Part shown: positions 1-12,744 of the stretch, piece by piece
How the letters are laid out: every line of letters starts with the position of its first letter
How positions within the stretch are numbered: position 1 is the stretch's first letter
Origin: Pecten maximus
Lineage: Eukaryota
NCBI RefSeq assembly: GCF_902652985.1
Contig: NC_047022.1
Span: 30,723,465 to 30,787,464 of the forward strand
Direction: 5' to 3'
DNA length: 64,000 bases
Translations under genes and position numbers: made by a program
Notes under the pieces: model-generated
The model's input: the letters and a program-made list of their open reading frames with translations, nothing else
Databases searched by the model: none
Told to the model about the DNA's origin: nothing

Positions 1-344
1 GAACAGAGGAAACTTTGTCTACAAGGGTTTCTTACCTTGCTTTTTATTTACGATGCGACTTACAGGGAACAGCTTACAACTAGGCTGTATGATGAATATT
101 ACGATTTGAATTTTGTATCACAATTTACGCGATACATTATTGGTATTGCCCACATACTTATTGACTTACAATATCGGTGTTTTGGGACGTATACTATGAC
201 TTATATTACTATGGAAATCGTTGATATATTTTGTAAGCTTCATATTTAATCAGCAAGTATTCGTTTATTACTTGATATCAATATATCTTTTGATCCTCGT
301 CTATAAACTCCATTATATTTCCTGCTTGACAACCCTACCTATAC

Positions 345-1330
345 ATTGTCTAAAGACGAAATACTGTCCAATCATTCTTAGGTATTGAACCCTTCGAAAT
401 CCCTGCTAGTGAAAGGACGCTGATATGGTTCGTTTATATTGGATTCTTTGTTAATCTTATCTTCATCCAAACTTCTTACTACAATTCTTAATACTATTAT
501 AAGGCGAAGCTACCGTCAAATAGGGATACTGTTTACTCCAGAAGTGGAAATAAGGGAATGTGGATTTTAAAACACCTCCAAAAGTTCTTTTGATTACTCT
601 GGAACACCCGCTCCTAAAAAACGTTTCTTCCATCAAAACGTTTGATTTTTCTACTCTTTACACTACCATTCCCAATCCCAAATTTAAGGAACGCCTTCGT
701 TCTTTTGCGAGAGTTTCCCAAGAAATGTGAACGGTGTTATAGGTAGATAATGGTGAAATATATGGGAACATCTTTGGTAAAACATACGACTAGGACTCAT
801 AGAAAATACAACGAAGATAAAATCGCGAGAATAATTGAATTTCTAATCAACAAATTATTTGTTTAGTTTGGTATACATATGAAAAAAAGCTGAATTTCAG
901 ATCGACAACATCTTTGATGAGTTTAATGATCAGATCTTCCAACAGCTTTTGGCATACCTTTGGAAAATAAACTGTGTTCCTATGTTTGCTGCTTTCAATG
1001 AAGCTTATCAGCATAAGTAACAGAAACATTACAAACTCCTTCACGTTCAGCTATAGGTATATTGACGATGTGTTATCTCCAAATAGAAAAGAACAACTTT
1101 ATGAAACATGTCGATCGAATGTATCCTGCAAAATTGAAATCAAGGCCACTACAGACTCTCCAACATCACCCGCTTACCTTGATAATTTCGTACAATGTAA
1201 ACAACCGGGACAGCTTGCAATTTGTACGATAAACATGATGATTTCAATTTTCCAATTGCTAATTTTCCGTTTCTAGATAGCAAAATTCCAGCTTTCTTAA
1301 CTACGATGTCTCAGATGATTCGATATCCAC
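345..1330 (+). mobile_element. Decayed reverse-transcriptase retroelement copy A (Penelope-like motif pattern), non-autonomous
   Basis: The broken frames translate to K-T-F-D-F-S-T-L-Y-T-T-I-P (RT motif A-like, ~640-680), F-N-D-Q-I-F (~925-945), S-Y-R-Y-I-D-D-V-L (YxDD motif C, ~1050-1075), I-E-I-K-A...A-Y-L-D-N-F-V and N-F-P-F-L-D (1130-1280). Stops and frameshifts run throughout. It shares nucleotide homology with copy B (345-720 aligns to 31020-31410) and copy C (715-1330 aligns to 14937-15335). Confidence 0.5.
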
Positions 1331-3696
1331 GGCCTTGTTTCCATTATCACGATTACCGTAACAGATGTCAATCACTGACGGAGAAATCAATAACACAAAG
1401 TTACGAGAGATTAAGGTTGATGAAGACCACACGAATGTTTTATGGTCGACATGGTTGGTTTAAGATTATATCTTTGTTATTATGTCAGAATTGCTTGTTG
1501 TTTTTGTTGGATATAAAACGAATAGTCATGACTTGCGAATCGAGATGTAAGCTTCATATAGCTTTCTGATTTGTTTTTATATTTCTGCACAAATGACACT
1601 TGAATGAGTACCCCTTTTTACTACTTCTGTTTATACGCAAAACTGATTGACATAAATAATAAATTGATGTCACCAAAAAGCTAATAAAAGATAAAAGGAT
1701 TCAAAGAAAAAAAGTTAAGAAATATTGGTGATATTCTTGACATACCGTATCATGGATGTTATTTTGAAGACTACAGTAATTGTATTTTGTCAATTATTGC
1801 ACCTAGTGCTATTTTGTAAACATAAAGAAATGAAATGGATTTCCATTTGGTAAATGAAATCAGAAATGATTGACTAACATGACTGATGATGGAATATTCT
1901 GATGTGTTGTATTTTGTATTAATCGGGTTTTTAATATCAACAACGTTGAACATTTCTTTGATGTATTGTGAAAGAAAATAAGTAGCCGCTTTGAATACGA
2001 GTTGAGATTAATGGAGTTGTAAATGTAAACGTTAGTTAATTTTGTACAGCAATTGTGTTATATCAACTTATCAATTTATATGAGTTTATATAAAAAAAAT
2101 TTCATGCAACAATTGCTAAAACTAGATAAATATTGTAAATGACTTGAATTTGAACAACGCACCTGTTTTCTCATCTTTCGCCCTCTCAAGTAATAAAACG
2201 AGCCTAAAAAGTCTCCATAAGTGAATGGATTATGCTATATTAATATGCGCTGTTTAAATGTTTGGAAACCGCCTCCGATCCTCCTACTCGTTTGTAAATA
2301 AAGCTGTTTTTATATGAAAATAAAACAAGTGTAAAACTCATAATATTGCGATATTTGCATATTCCTACCAGGATAGCTCTGTTGATTACATGTTCATGTT
2401 TTTCATGGCTCTGTATGTGTTACATGACGTCCTGATAAAAAAGTTATAATAATGACTCAATTCACTGATAGCTTCCTACGTATACGATTTTGAACGATTG
2501 TATGCATGAAATCTCTTTCTAGGGTCTCGGTGTGAATCTATACTTTGTTTTTACATTGTGTTGTCATTTTATCGATATAATTTACTCTTTTCTTTACTCG
2601 GGAATGCTTTCGTGCCGTTCGTAGATATGTATGAAATTATACATCTTGCATCAATTTGTTTATTAAGGATTTATCTTTCCATCACGCATGTGACCGTATA
2701 CACACACTAATGCCACATTTATTGCGTGATTCCACGGATTCGCCATTATTACCCTCTATTGTATGTTTGTCAATATATACAGCGGTAATGATGACTTTAT
2801 GTCCTCTTCCAGTCTAATTGGAATGTCAATAATGTTGTTAGCTGATTGCATGTTTTCACAGAGGTATGCCCTTGGTGAATAGCAAAATTAGGCGTGTCGA
2901 ACAAATTTGTCGGAGTTATTCTCAAACCTGAAATGCCGAGAGGAGATTAAGAGAATAGGAAGTAAATATTTCGCCAACAAAAAGGAACCTTTTCATGCAT
3001 ATCCACGAAATAGTTTCTGCTTAGTAAACATTTATTTATGCATCGTCGCCTTACAATACCTCTAATGGGTAAAGTATGTGAAAACTGACCCAATACGAAG
3101 GGTATGGACTGTGAGCAAAATTAATTTTACTATATGTTTCATTGTAACATTAGATTTTTTGAAAAGAAAAGAAATCTCAAATTTGCATACACAACTTTCC
3201 ATCTTACTTCACCAAGAACATTATCTGAGGAGCAAAATATAAAATAATGGCTGTATAAGATAAATCTTTCTGACTCAATATGGTCTATAAATTACGCTTC
3301 ATTTCTCTGAAATTTAGAGTGTTCTTAATGCAGATTGGTGTATGCACCTTTCCTCTCCTCTCGCCAGGAAAGCTCAACCATACGGAGCTTCCTTTTTTGA
3401 AGAATGAATTTGTACAAGACAAAACGACATGACGACCTGTTTGACCATGATTTACTGTATAGTCCAACGCTAACATCGATAACCTGGATACGGTTCAGCA
3501 TAGGGTAACGCACTAAACACTGCAGCATACGTACTCATAAATGTACAGTTTAGGTACGTGGTAGACTATCAACATCAACACAGTATCCAAACTGAAGAGA
3601 CGCATGTTCTCCTAACAGATGGAAGGGGAAATTGATTCAGACAGAAAGGTAGATTACTAGATAGAAAAGAAGAATATGATATCTGATATAAGATAA

Positions 3697-3995
3697 GTTG
3701 TCCTGGAGTTAACACGGAGTTGTCCTAGAGTTGTTCTAGATTTGAACCGGGGTTGTTCTGGAGTTGTCCTTGAGCTGTTATAGAATTATAATGGAGTTGT
3801 CCTGGAGTTATCCTAGAGTTGTTCTAAAGTTATCATAGAGTTGATCTGGAGATGTCCTGGAGTTTTCCTAGCGTTGTCATGGAGTTGTTCTGGGGTTGTT
3901 CTAGAGTTGTCCTGGGATTGTCCTAGAGTTGTCCTTGAGTTGTTCCGGAGTTGTCATAGAATTGTTCTGGAGTTGTCCTAGAAATATCCTGTGAA
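3697..3995. repeat. Minisatellite, ~11-bp unit (ggagttgtcct / agagttgttct variants), ~27 copies
   Basis: Direct reading shows 'gagttgtcctgGagttgtcctaGagttgttct...' repeated head-to-tail with point variants. Confidence 0.9.
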
Positions 3996-4742
3996 TTGAG
4001 CTCAGATCATCTCCAACTCAAGTCTGGTCACCTACCAATTTATAAACTGCGCTTCTGCATGAGCAGATGATTGGTGACTTTGTGGTAAACTGGCTAAAGT
4101 GGTTTACACACCGCACAAACACGTCTGCCAGAGTGTCTGGAATATTTCGGAGTAGAAATCATAGGAAAAGCGTTGAAGGATTCCTCATCATGCGAAAGAT
4201 TGATCCAATCCTAACAACTGATTTGAATCTTTGGAAAAGACAGAATTAAAACTTTATGACTGTTAACACCGCCAACTTGTTGTGGACAAAGGTTATTGAT
4301 GTGTATGTGTAATTATATACACACTTAAGAGGATACATGTACTTCGCCGGCTGTCAGTGTGTCTACTAGCTGGATATGATACCAAAGCCTATGATTACAA
4401 CGACATAAAAACAAAGGCTGGTGCGACTTATTGATTATTGTACAAATTTATATGCATAGCTAATAAGTCCTATGGTAATTACCATATATAATGCCTTATT
4501 TACATACTGATGATATATTCAATGTTTTTATCATGTATCTACATGCACATAGCAAGGGTGGATACATCAATATGATTTTGCTTGAGAATAGGATCATCTG
4601 ATCAAGATCAGAATGAAAATACTGCCCGGTTATGAAAGCCGTGGATAAGCATAATAAAAAAAAATGCGATGAGGGTTTTGTTTGGTCCTGTTAACTGTTT
4701 ATGCACCTCAAGCCAATGTTATTCATTATATTGATTGTCTTA

Positions 4743-7700
4743 TGTCCGTACTGTTGTTATGGTACATATGTCCATCCTGATCACAATAGTACTGTTGTTA
4801 TAGTACATATGTCCATCCTGATCACTACTGTTGTTATAGTACATATGTCCATCCTGATCACTATATTACTGTTGTTATAGTACATATGTCCATCCTGATC
4901 ACTACTGTTGTTATAGTACATATGTCCATCCTGATCACTACTGTTGTTATAGTACATATGTCCATCCTGATCACTACAGTTGTTATAGTATATATGTCCA
5001 TCCTGATCACTATATTACTGTTGTTATTGTACATATGTCCATCCTGATCACTACTGTTGTTATAGTACGTATGTCTATCCTGATCACTACTGTTGTTATA
5101 GTACGTATGTCCATCCTGATCACTATAGTACTGTTGTTATAGTACATATGTCCATCCTGATCCTGATGGGTATATGTACTATAACAACAGTAGTGATCAG
5201 GATGGACATATGTACTATAACTACAGTAGTGATCAGGATGGACATATGTACTATAACAACAGTACTATAGTGATCAGGATGGACATATGTACCATAACAA
5301 CAGTAATATAGTGATCAGGATAGACATATGTACTATAACAACAGTAATATAGTGATCAGGATGGACATATGTACTATAGCAACATTACTATAGTAATCAG
5401 GATGGACATATGTATTATAACAACAGTACTCTAGTGATCAGGATGGACATATGTACTATAACAACAGTAGTGATCAGGATGGACATATGTACTATAACAA
5501 CAGTACTATAGTGATCAGGATTGACATACTACTGTTGAATTAGTATCTATATCCATCCCGATCACTACTGTTGTTATAGTACATATGTCCATCCTGATCT
5601 CTATATTATTGTTGTTGTAGTACATATGTCCATCCTGATCACTATAGTATTGTTGTTATAGTACATATGTCCATCCTGATCACTATAGTACAGTTGTTAT
5701 AGTACATATGTCCATCCTGATCACTATAGTACTGTTGTTATAGTACATATGTCCATCCTGATCACTACTGTTGTTATAGTACATATGTCCATCCTGATCA
5801 CTATAGTACAGTTGTTATTGTACATATGTCCATCCTGATCACTACTATTGTTATAGTACATATGTCCATCCTGATCACTATAGTACTGTTGTTATAATAC
5901 ATATGTCCATCCTGATCACTACTGTTGTTATAGTACATATGTCCATCCTGATCACTATAGTACTGTTGTTATAGTACATATGTCCATCCTGATCACTACT
6001 GTTGTTATAGTACATATGTCCATCCTGATCACTACTGTTGATATAGTACATATGTCCATCCTGATCACTATAGTACTATCGTTATAATACAGATGTCCAT
6101 CCTGATCACTGCTGTTGTTATAGTACATATGTCCATCCTGATCACTATAGTACTGTTGTTATAGTACATATGTCCATCCTGATCACTATAGTACTGTTGT
6201 TGTAGTACATATGTCCTTCCTGATCACTATAGTACAGTTGTTATAGTACATATGTCCATCCTGATCACTACTGTTGATATAGTACATATGTCCATCCTGA
6301 TCACTATAGTACTATCGTTATAATACAGCTGTCCATCCTAATCACTACTGTTGTTATAGTACATATGTCTTTCCTGATCACTACATTATTGTTGTTACAG
6401 TACATATGTCCATCCTGATCACTACTCTTGTTACAGTACATATGTCCATCCTGATCACTACTGTTGTTATAGTACATATGTCTATCCTGATCATTACAGT
6501 TGTTATAGTACATATGTCCATCCTGATCACTATAGTACTGTTGAATTAGTATACATATCCATCCCGATCACTACTGTTGTTATAGTACATATGTCCATCC
6601 TGATCTCTATATTATTGTTGTTGTAGTACATATGTCCATCCTAATCACTACTGTTGTTAAAGTACATATGTCCATCCTGATCACTACAGTATTGTTGTTA
6701 TAGTACATATGTCCATCCTGATCATTACTGTTGTTATAGTACATATGTCCATCCTGATCTCTACTGTTGTTATAGTACATATGTCCATCCTGATCACTAT
6801 TGTACTGTTGTTATAGTACATATGTCCATCCTGATCACTATAGTACTGTTGCTATAGTACATATGTCCATCCTGATCACTATAGTAATGTTGTTATAGTA
6901 CATATGTCCATCCTGATCACTATAGTACTGTTGCTATAGTACATATGTCCATCCTGATCACTATAGTAATGTTGTTATAGTACATATGTCCATCCTGATC
7001 ACTATAGTACTGTTGCTATAGTACATATGTCCATCCTGATCACTATAGTAATGTTGTTATGGTACATATGTCCATCCTGATCACTACTGTTGTTATAGTA
7101 CATATGTCTATCCTGATCACTACTGTTGTTATAGTACATATGTCCATCCTGATCACTATAGTAATGTTGTTATGGTACATATGTCCATCCTGGTCAATAT
7201 AGTACTGTTGTTATAGTACATATGTCCATCCTGATCACTATAGTACTGTTGTTATAGTATATATGTCCATCCTGATCACTATAGTACTGTTGTTATAGTA
7301 CATATGTCCATCCTAATCACTACTGTTGTTATAGTACATATGTCCATCCTGATCTCTATAGTACTGTTGTTATAGTACATATGTCCATCCTGATCACTAT
7401 AGTACTGTTGTTATAGTATATATGTCCATCCTGATCACTATAGTACTGTTGTTATAGTACATATGTCCATCCTGATCACTACTGTAGTTATAGTACATAT
7501 GTCCATCCTGATCACTACTGTTGTTATAGTACATATGTCCATCCTGATCACTATAGTACTGTTGTTATAGTATATATGTCCATCCTGATCACTATAGTAC
7601 TGTTGTTATAGTACATATGTCCATCCTGATCACTACAGTACTGTTGTTATAGTACATATGTCTTTCCTGATCACTACATTATTGTTGTTACAGTACATAT

Positions 7701-9970
7701 GTCTTTCCTGATCACTACATTATTGTTGTTACAGTACATATGTCCATCCTGATCAATATAGTACTGTTGTTATAGTACATATGTCTTTCCTGATCACTAC
7801 AGTACTGTTGTTATAGTACATATGTCTTTCCTGATCACTACATTATTGTTGTTACAGTACATATGTCCATCCTGATCAATATAGTACTGTTGTTATAGTA
7901 CATATGTCTATCCTGATCACTATATTACTGTTGTTATGGTACATATGTCCATCCTGATCACTATAGTACTGTTGTTATAGTACATATGTCCATCCTGATC
8001 ACTACTGTAGTTATAGTACATATGTCCATCCTGATCACTACTGTTGTTATAGTACATATGTCCATCCTGATCTCTATAGTACTGTTGTTATAGTACATAT
8101 GTCTATCCTGATCACTATATTACTGTTGTTATGGTACATATGTCCATCCTGATCACTATAGTACTGTTGTTATAGTACATATGTCCATCCTGATCACTAC
8201 TGTAGTTATAGTACATATGTCCATCCTGATCACTACTGTTGTTATAGTACATATGTCCATCCTGATCACTACTGTTGTTATAGTACATATGTCCATCCTG
8301 ATCTCTATAGTACTGTTGTTATAGTACATATGTCCATCCTGATCACTACTGTTGTTATAGTACATATGTCCATCCTGATCTCTATATTATTGTTGTTATA
8401 GTACATATGTCCATCCTGATCACAATAGTACTGTTGTTATAGTACATATATCCATCCTGATCACAATAGTACTGTTGTTATAATACATATGTCCATCCTG
8501 ATCACTACTTTTGTTATAGTACATATGTCCATCCTGATCACTACTTTTGTTATAGTACATATGTCTATCCTGATCACTACTGTTGTTATAATACATATGT
8601 CCATCCTGATCACTACTGTTGTTATAGTACATATGTCCATCCTGATCACTATAGTAATGATGATATAGTACATATGTCCATCCTGATCACTATAGTACTG
8701 TTGTTATAGTACATATGTCCATCCTGATCACTATTGTACTGTTGTTATAGTACATATGTCCATCCTGATCACTATAGTACTGTTGCTATAGTACATATGT
8801 CCATCCTGATCACTATAGTACTGTTGTTATAGTACATATGTCCATTCTGATTACTATATTACTGTTGTTATAGTACATATGTCCATCCTGATCACTACTG
8901 TTGTTATAGTACATATGTCCATCCTGATCACTATAGTACTGTTGTTATAGTACATATGTCCATCCTGATCACTACAGTACTGTTGTTATAGTACATATGT
9001 CCATCCTGATCACTATATTACTGTTGTTATAGTACATATGTCCATCCTGATCACTACTGTTGTTATAGTACATATGTCCATCCTGATCACTCTAGTACTG
9101 TTGTTATAGTACATATGTCCATCCTGATCACTACTGTTGTTATAGTACATATGTCCATCCTGATCACTATAGCACTGTTGTTATAGTACATATGTCCATC
9201 CTGGTCAATATAGTACTGTTGTTAAAGTACATATGTCCATCCTAATCACTACTGTTGTTATAGTACATATGTCCATCCTGATCACTATAGTACTGTTGTT
9301 ATAGTACATATGTCCATCCTGATCACTACTGTTGTTATAGTACATATGTCCATCCTGATCACTATAGCACTGTTGTTATAGTACATATGTCCATCCTGAT
9401 CACTATAGTACTGTTGTTATAGTACATATGTCCATTCTGATTACTATTGTTGTTATAGTACATATGTCCATCCTGATCACTACTGTTGTTATAGTACATA
9501 TGTCCATCCTGATCACTATAGTACTGTTGTTATTGTACATATGTCCATCCTGATCACTATAGTACTGTTGTTATAGTACATATGTCCATCCTGATCATTA
9601 CTGTTGTTATAGAACATATGTCCATCCTGATCACTATAGTACTGTTGTTATAGTACATATGTCCATCCTGATCACTACTGTTGTTATAGTACATATGTCC
9701 ATCCTGATCACTATAGTACTGTTGTTATAGTACATATGTCCATCCTGATCACTATAGTACTGTTGTTATAATACATATGTCCATCCTGATCACTATAGTA
9801 ATGTTGTTATAGTACATATGTCCATCCTGATCACTACTGTTGTTATAGTACATATGTCCATCCTGATCACTACTGTTGTTATGGTACATATGTCCATCCT
9901 AATCACTATTGTTGTTATAATACATATGTCCATCCTAATCACTAGAGTACTGTTGTTATGTTACATATGT
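4743..9970. repeat. Satellite DNA array, 36-bp core unit (gtccatcctgatcactactgttgttatagtacatat) with 41-42-bp variants (insert 'atagtac'), >120 copies
   Basis: The unit is visible by eye across the whole span. Copies are highly homogeneous with scattered point variants. ORF-track entries such as MYYNNSSDQDGHMYYNN are in-frame translations of the repeat. Confidence 0.95.
5163..5527. repeat. Inverted (reverse-complement) block of ~9 satellite units embedded in the forward-oriented array
   Basis: From 5163 the repeat reads 'atgtactataacaacagtagtgatcaggatggacat', the exact reverse complement of the forward unit. It switches back to forward orientation at ~5528 ('actgttgaattagtatctatatccatcccgatcactactg'). 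Confidence 0.9.
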
Positions 9971-11298
9971 GGTGTTTGATCAAAATCTTAGTTATAACAT
10001 GGTCAGATATTCTTTTTCTATACCAATACTTCTAATCATTAGTATTTAATTTTAATCCTGCAGGTTGCTGTATATGTTACTTTAATGGCCTCCTATCACT
10101 TGTTAACGTGGTAATTTGTCCATCGTGTGAGTATTAAAGTGGCCGCTGATGTCTATTTGCTTGTGTTGTAATATGACTCTCGCTTGACTATTTCTGTTAT
10201 CTGTCAAATTGTGCAAGTTAAATTTTTCCACCATATTGCTTTGTTGTGTTGATAACAATCAGAATTATTCAATATCAACTGGTTTTAGTTGTCACTATAC
10301 ACTATGTAAAGTGTGATTGACGTCTTAGCTATTTGGTTACTTACCTAGGGTTTTATATATTTGTGTATTATTGTAATTGCACTCGGTGACATACCGACTA
10401 AGTAATGGATATATTAGATTTAAATTAAGCGTGTGTCTTTATCCTACTCCGAAGTTTATCTTCACGCCTGAAGTGCAAACATTGCTCTAACAAATATTTA
10501 CCGGATGCACCTATATGTGCCCTCTTAAAGCCTAATAATGTCTTCCTTCGTCGCGAATGTTTCGAAAAATATTATCAGATCAGTCGACAGATAGAGGTGC
10601 TCTTCTGTTGAGATATACACTTAACACATGTCAATTATTCAATTATTGAATATATTATATATGAAATTGTGAACGTCGAACCAACACGCATGATTGCCTT
10701 TCAATATCAAGGGTTTTCGTTGTCGAGTCGCTATATGACTAAGTTTTATTTATTCATGAATCTCTTCACGTGCACACCTACATTGTTTCTGTCACACAGT
10801 TTCACCTCCACATGTATAATAATCACCGTGGCGCTCTGGATTATCGTAACTAATATAACAACAAAATACAAGTAGGAGACAATAATTTATGGGCTTATCG
10901 TTGTTGAGTACTGTTCGTTTTGTTTCTCTTTGTGCTATCAACGAAATTATCCCGTGATAGATCCACAAAGCAGGCGAATATTCCTAACGCCCCAATGAGT
11001 CACTGCTTGTCAGAGGTATTCATTACCATACACCGGAGGGAACGGGCGGCAGGGTATAGTCTGTTTCAGAAATGTTTGTACTCCTTTTCGAATACAACTC
11101 CTGTCAGTTAGTTTCTTTGTGACAAGAATATTGTTGAATCAATTTCTGTGTCGGTCACTTTGTCACCATAGGATTAAATTTACGAAAGACATTAGTGTAT
11201 ACAACATATATTTATTATACCACAAGATCGACAGACCATATTAGGAAACATGAATCAAAACAGATAATTGAACAGTAACAGGAGACAATCTAATAATA

Positions 11299-12105
11299 TG
11301 TTCAGGATATGGCGAGATCGGGTCGAGCTTCAGCTTAAATTACGACATTAACCATGTTTATGATAATGTGTCCAGGACATGGCGATATCGAGTCTAACTT
11401 CGGCTAAAATGACAACATTCACCATGTACATGCTCATTTGTGCAAAATGGCGACATGGAGGACGTTTAGCTTCAGATTCAATGAAGACATTCACCATGTA
11501 TTTGATAATGCATGTGTTCAGGACATGGCGATATCGAGTCTAGCTTCAGCTAAAATGACAACTTTCACCATGTATTTGATAATGCATGTGTTCAGGACAT
11601 GGCGATATCGAGTCTAGCTTCAGCTAAAAAATGACAACATTCACCACGTACACGATCATGTGTTTAAGAAATGACGAGATGGAGTCTAGCTTTAGCTTCA
11701 ATGACGACATTCACCATGTATGTTAATGTGTTCAGGACATGGCGATATCGAGTCTAGCTGAAGCTTAATGACAACATTCACCATGTACATGATCATTTGT
11801 TTAAGAAATGGCGACATGAAGTTTAGCTTCAGATTCAATGAAGACATTCACAATGTATTTGATAATGAAATTAAATGACAACATTCACCATGTATGTTAA
11901 TGTGTCCAGGACATGACGATATCGAGTCTAGCTTAAGCTTCAATGACAACATTCACAATGTACATGATCATTTGTTTAAGAAAAGGCGAGATGTAGTCTA
12001 GCTTCAGCTTCGATGACAACATTCACTTTGTACATGATAATGTGTTCAGGACATGGCGATATCGAGTCTAGCTTCAGCTTAAATTACGACATTAACCATA
12101 TGCAT
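11299..12105. repeat. Tandem repeat, ~74-bp unit (ttcaggacatggcgatatcgagtctagcttcagctaaaatgacaacattcaccatgtatttgataatgcatgtg), ~11 copies, two alternating subtypes
   Basis: Direct reading shows subtype 'ttcaggacatggcgatatcgagtctagc...' alternating with 'tttaagaaatggcgacatggagtctagc...'. The first and last units share the 'cagcttaaattacgacattaaccat' variant. Confidence 0.9.
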
Positions 12106-12744
12106 GCCATTCTACGTCAAGTTCTTAAAGTGTGGACCCAAAGTCGGCGAACCAAGCGTGCACAGTAATGAATGTGTAAAACATTTCGGGAAGTCCATGG
12201 AATAGGATTTCTATAAAATATAGCTCATGGTAATAGTAATTAAACTTACACTGAGCAGTAAGTATATGTATCCTCTGTTTCATCATGACGTAAACATAGC
12301 TTGGTCAAATCCCTAAATGACCACGCCCTCCAAATGAGAACTCGGATAGTGACAACGAAACCACAATGTATATCAATGTGAATCCAACAGGTCAATACAA
12401 TCATGTGGCAAAAGGAAACGAGATATTTGAAGTTTATGTCATGATGGTGGCGGCCCCTCATACCCATGCAAATATAATGTTACTCTATCGTGTTAGCTAG
12501 GTTGTTTTCCCAAGAAGGAAATTAGTATTTGATCGAAATAGTATAAACTGGACATAACAAGAAACACATAATTTCGCAATAAATAACTTATGATCATTTG
12601 GACGGTTTTCATAAAATTAGTTATCAATATAAAGACAAATGGCTACTCTTTACAATATTGTAAACGGAGGGAATGTGTGACGTCATATATGTTGTTAATA
12701 TTGGCAATGATTCTAAATAGTATATTAAGTTTTCCAACAGGTAT

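Noticed and set aside
6304-8673. Five 69-70-aa ORFs (MYYNNSSDQDGHMYYNN…, MYYIIITIVIRMDICTITTVVIRMD…) inside the 36-bp satellite
   Set aside because: They are in-frame read-throughs of a 36 or 42-bp repeat (a multiple of 3 and so stop-free by chance). Both strands give such ORFs and there is no start or stop context, so they are artefacts.
4743-9970. CRISPR-like array (regular short direct repeats)
   Set aside because: Units abut directly with no unique spacers, the array contains an inverted segment, and the context is eukaryotic with no cas-like ORFs. It is a satellite.
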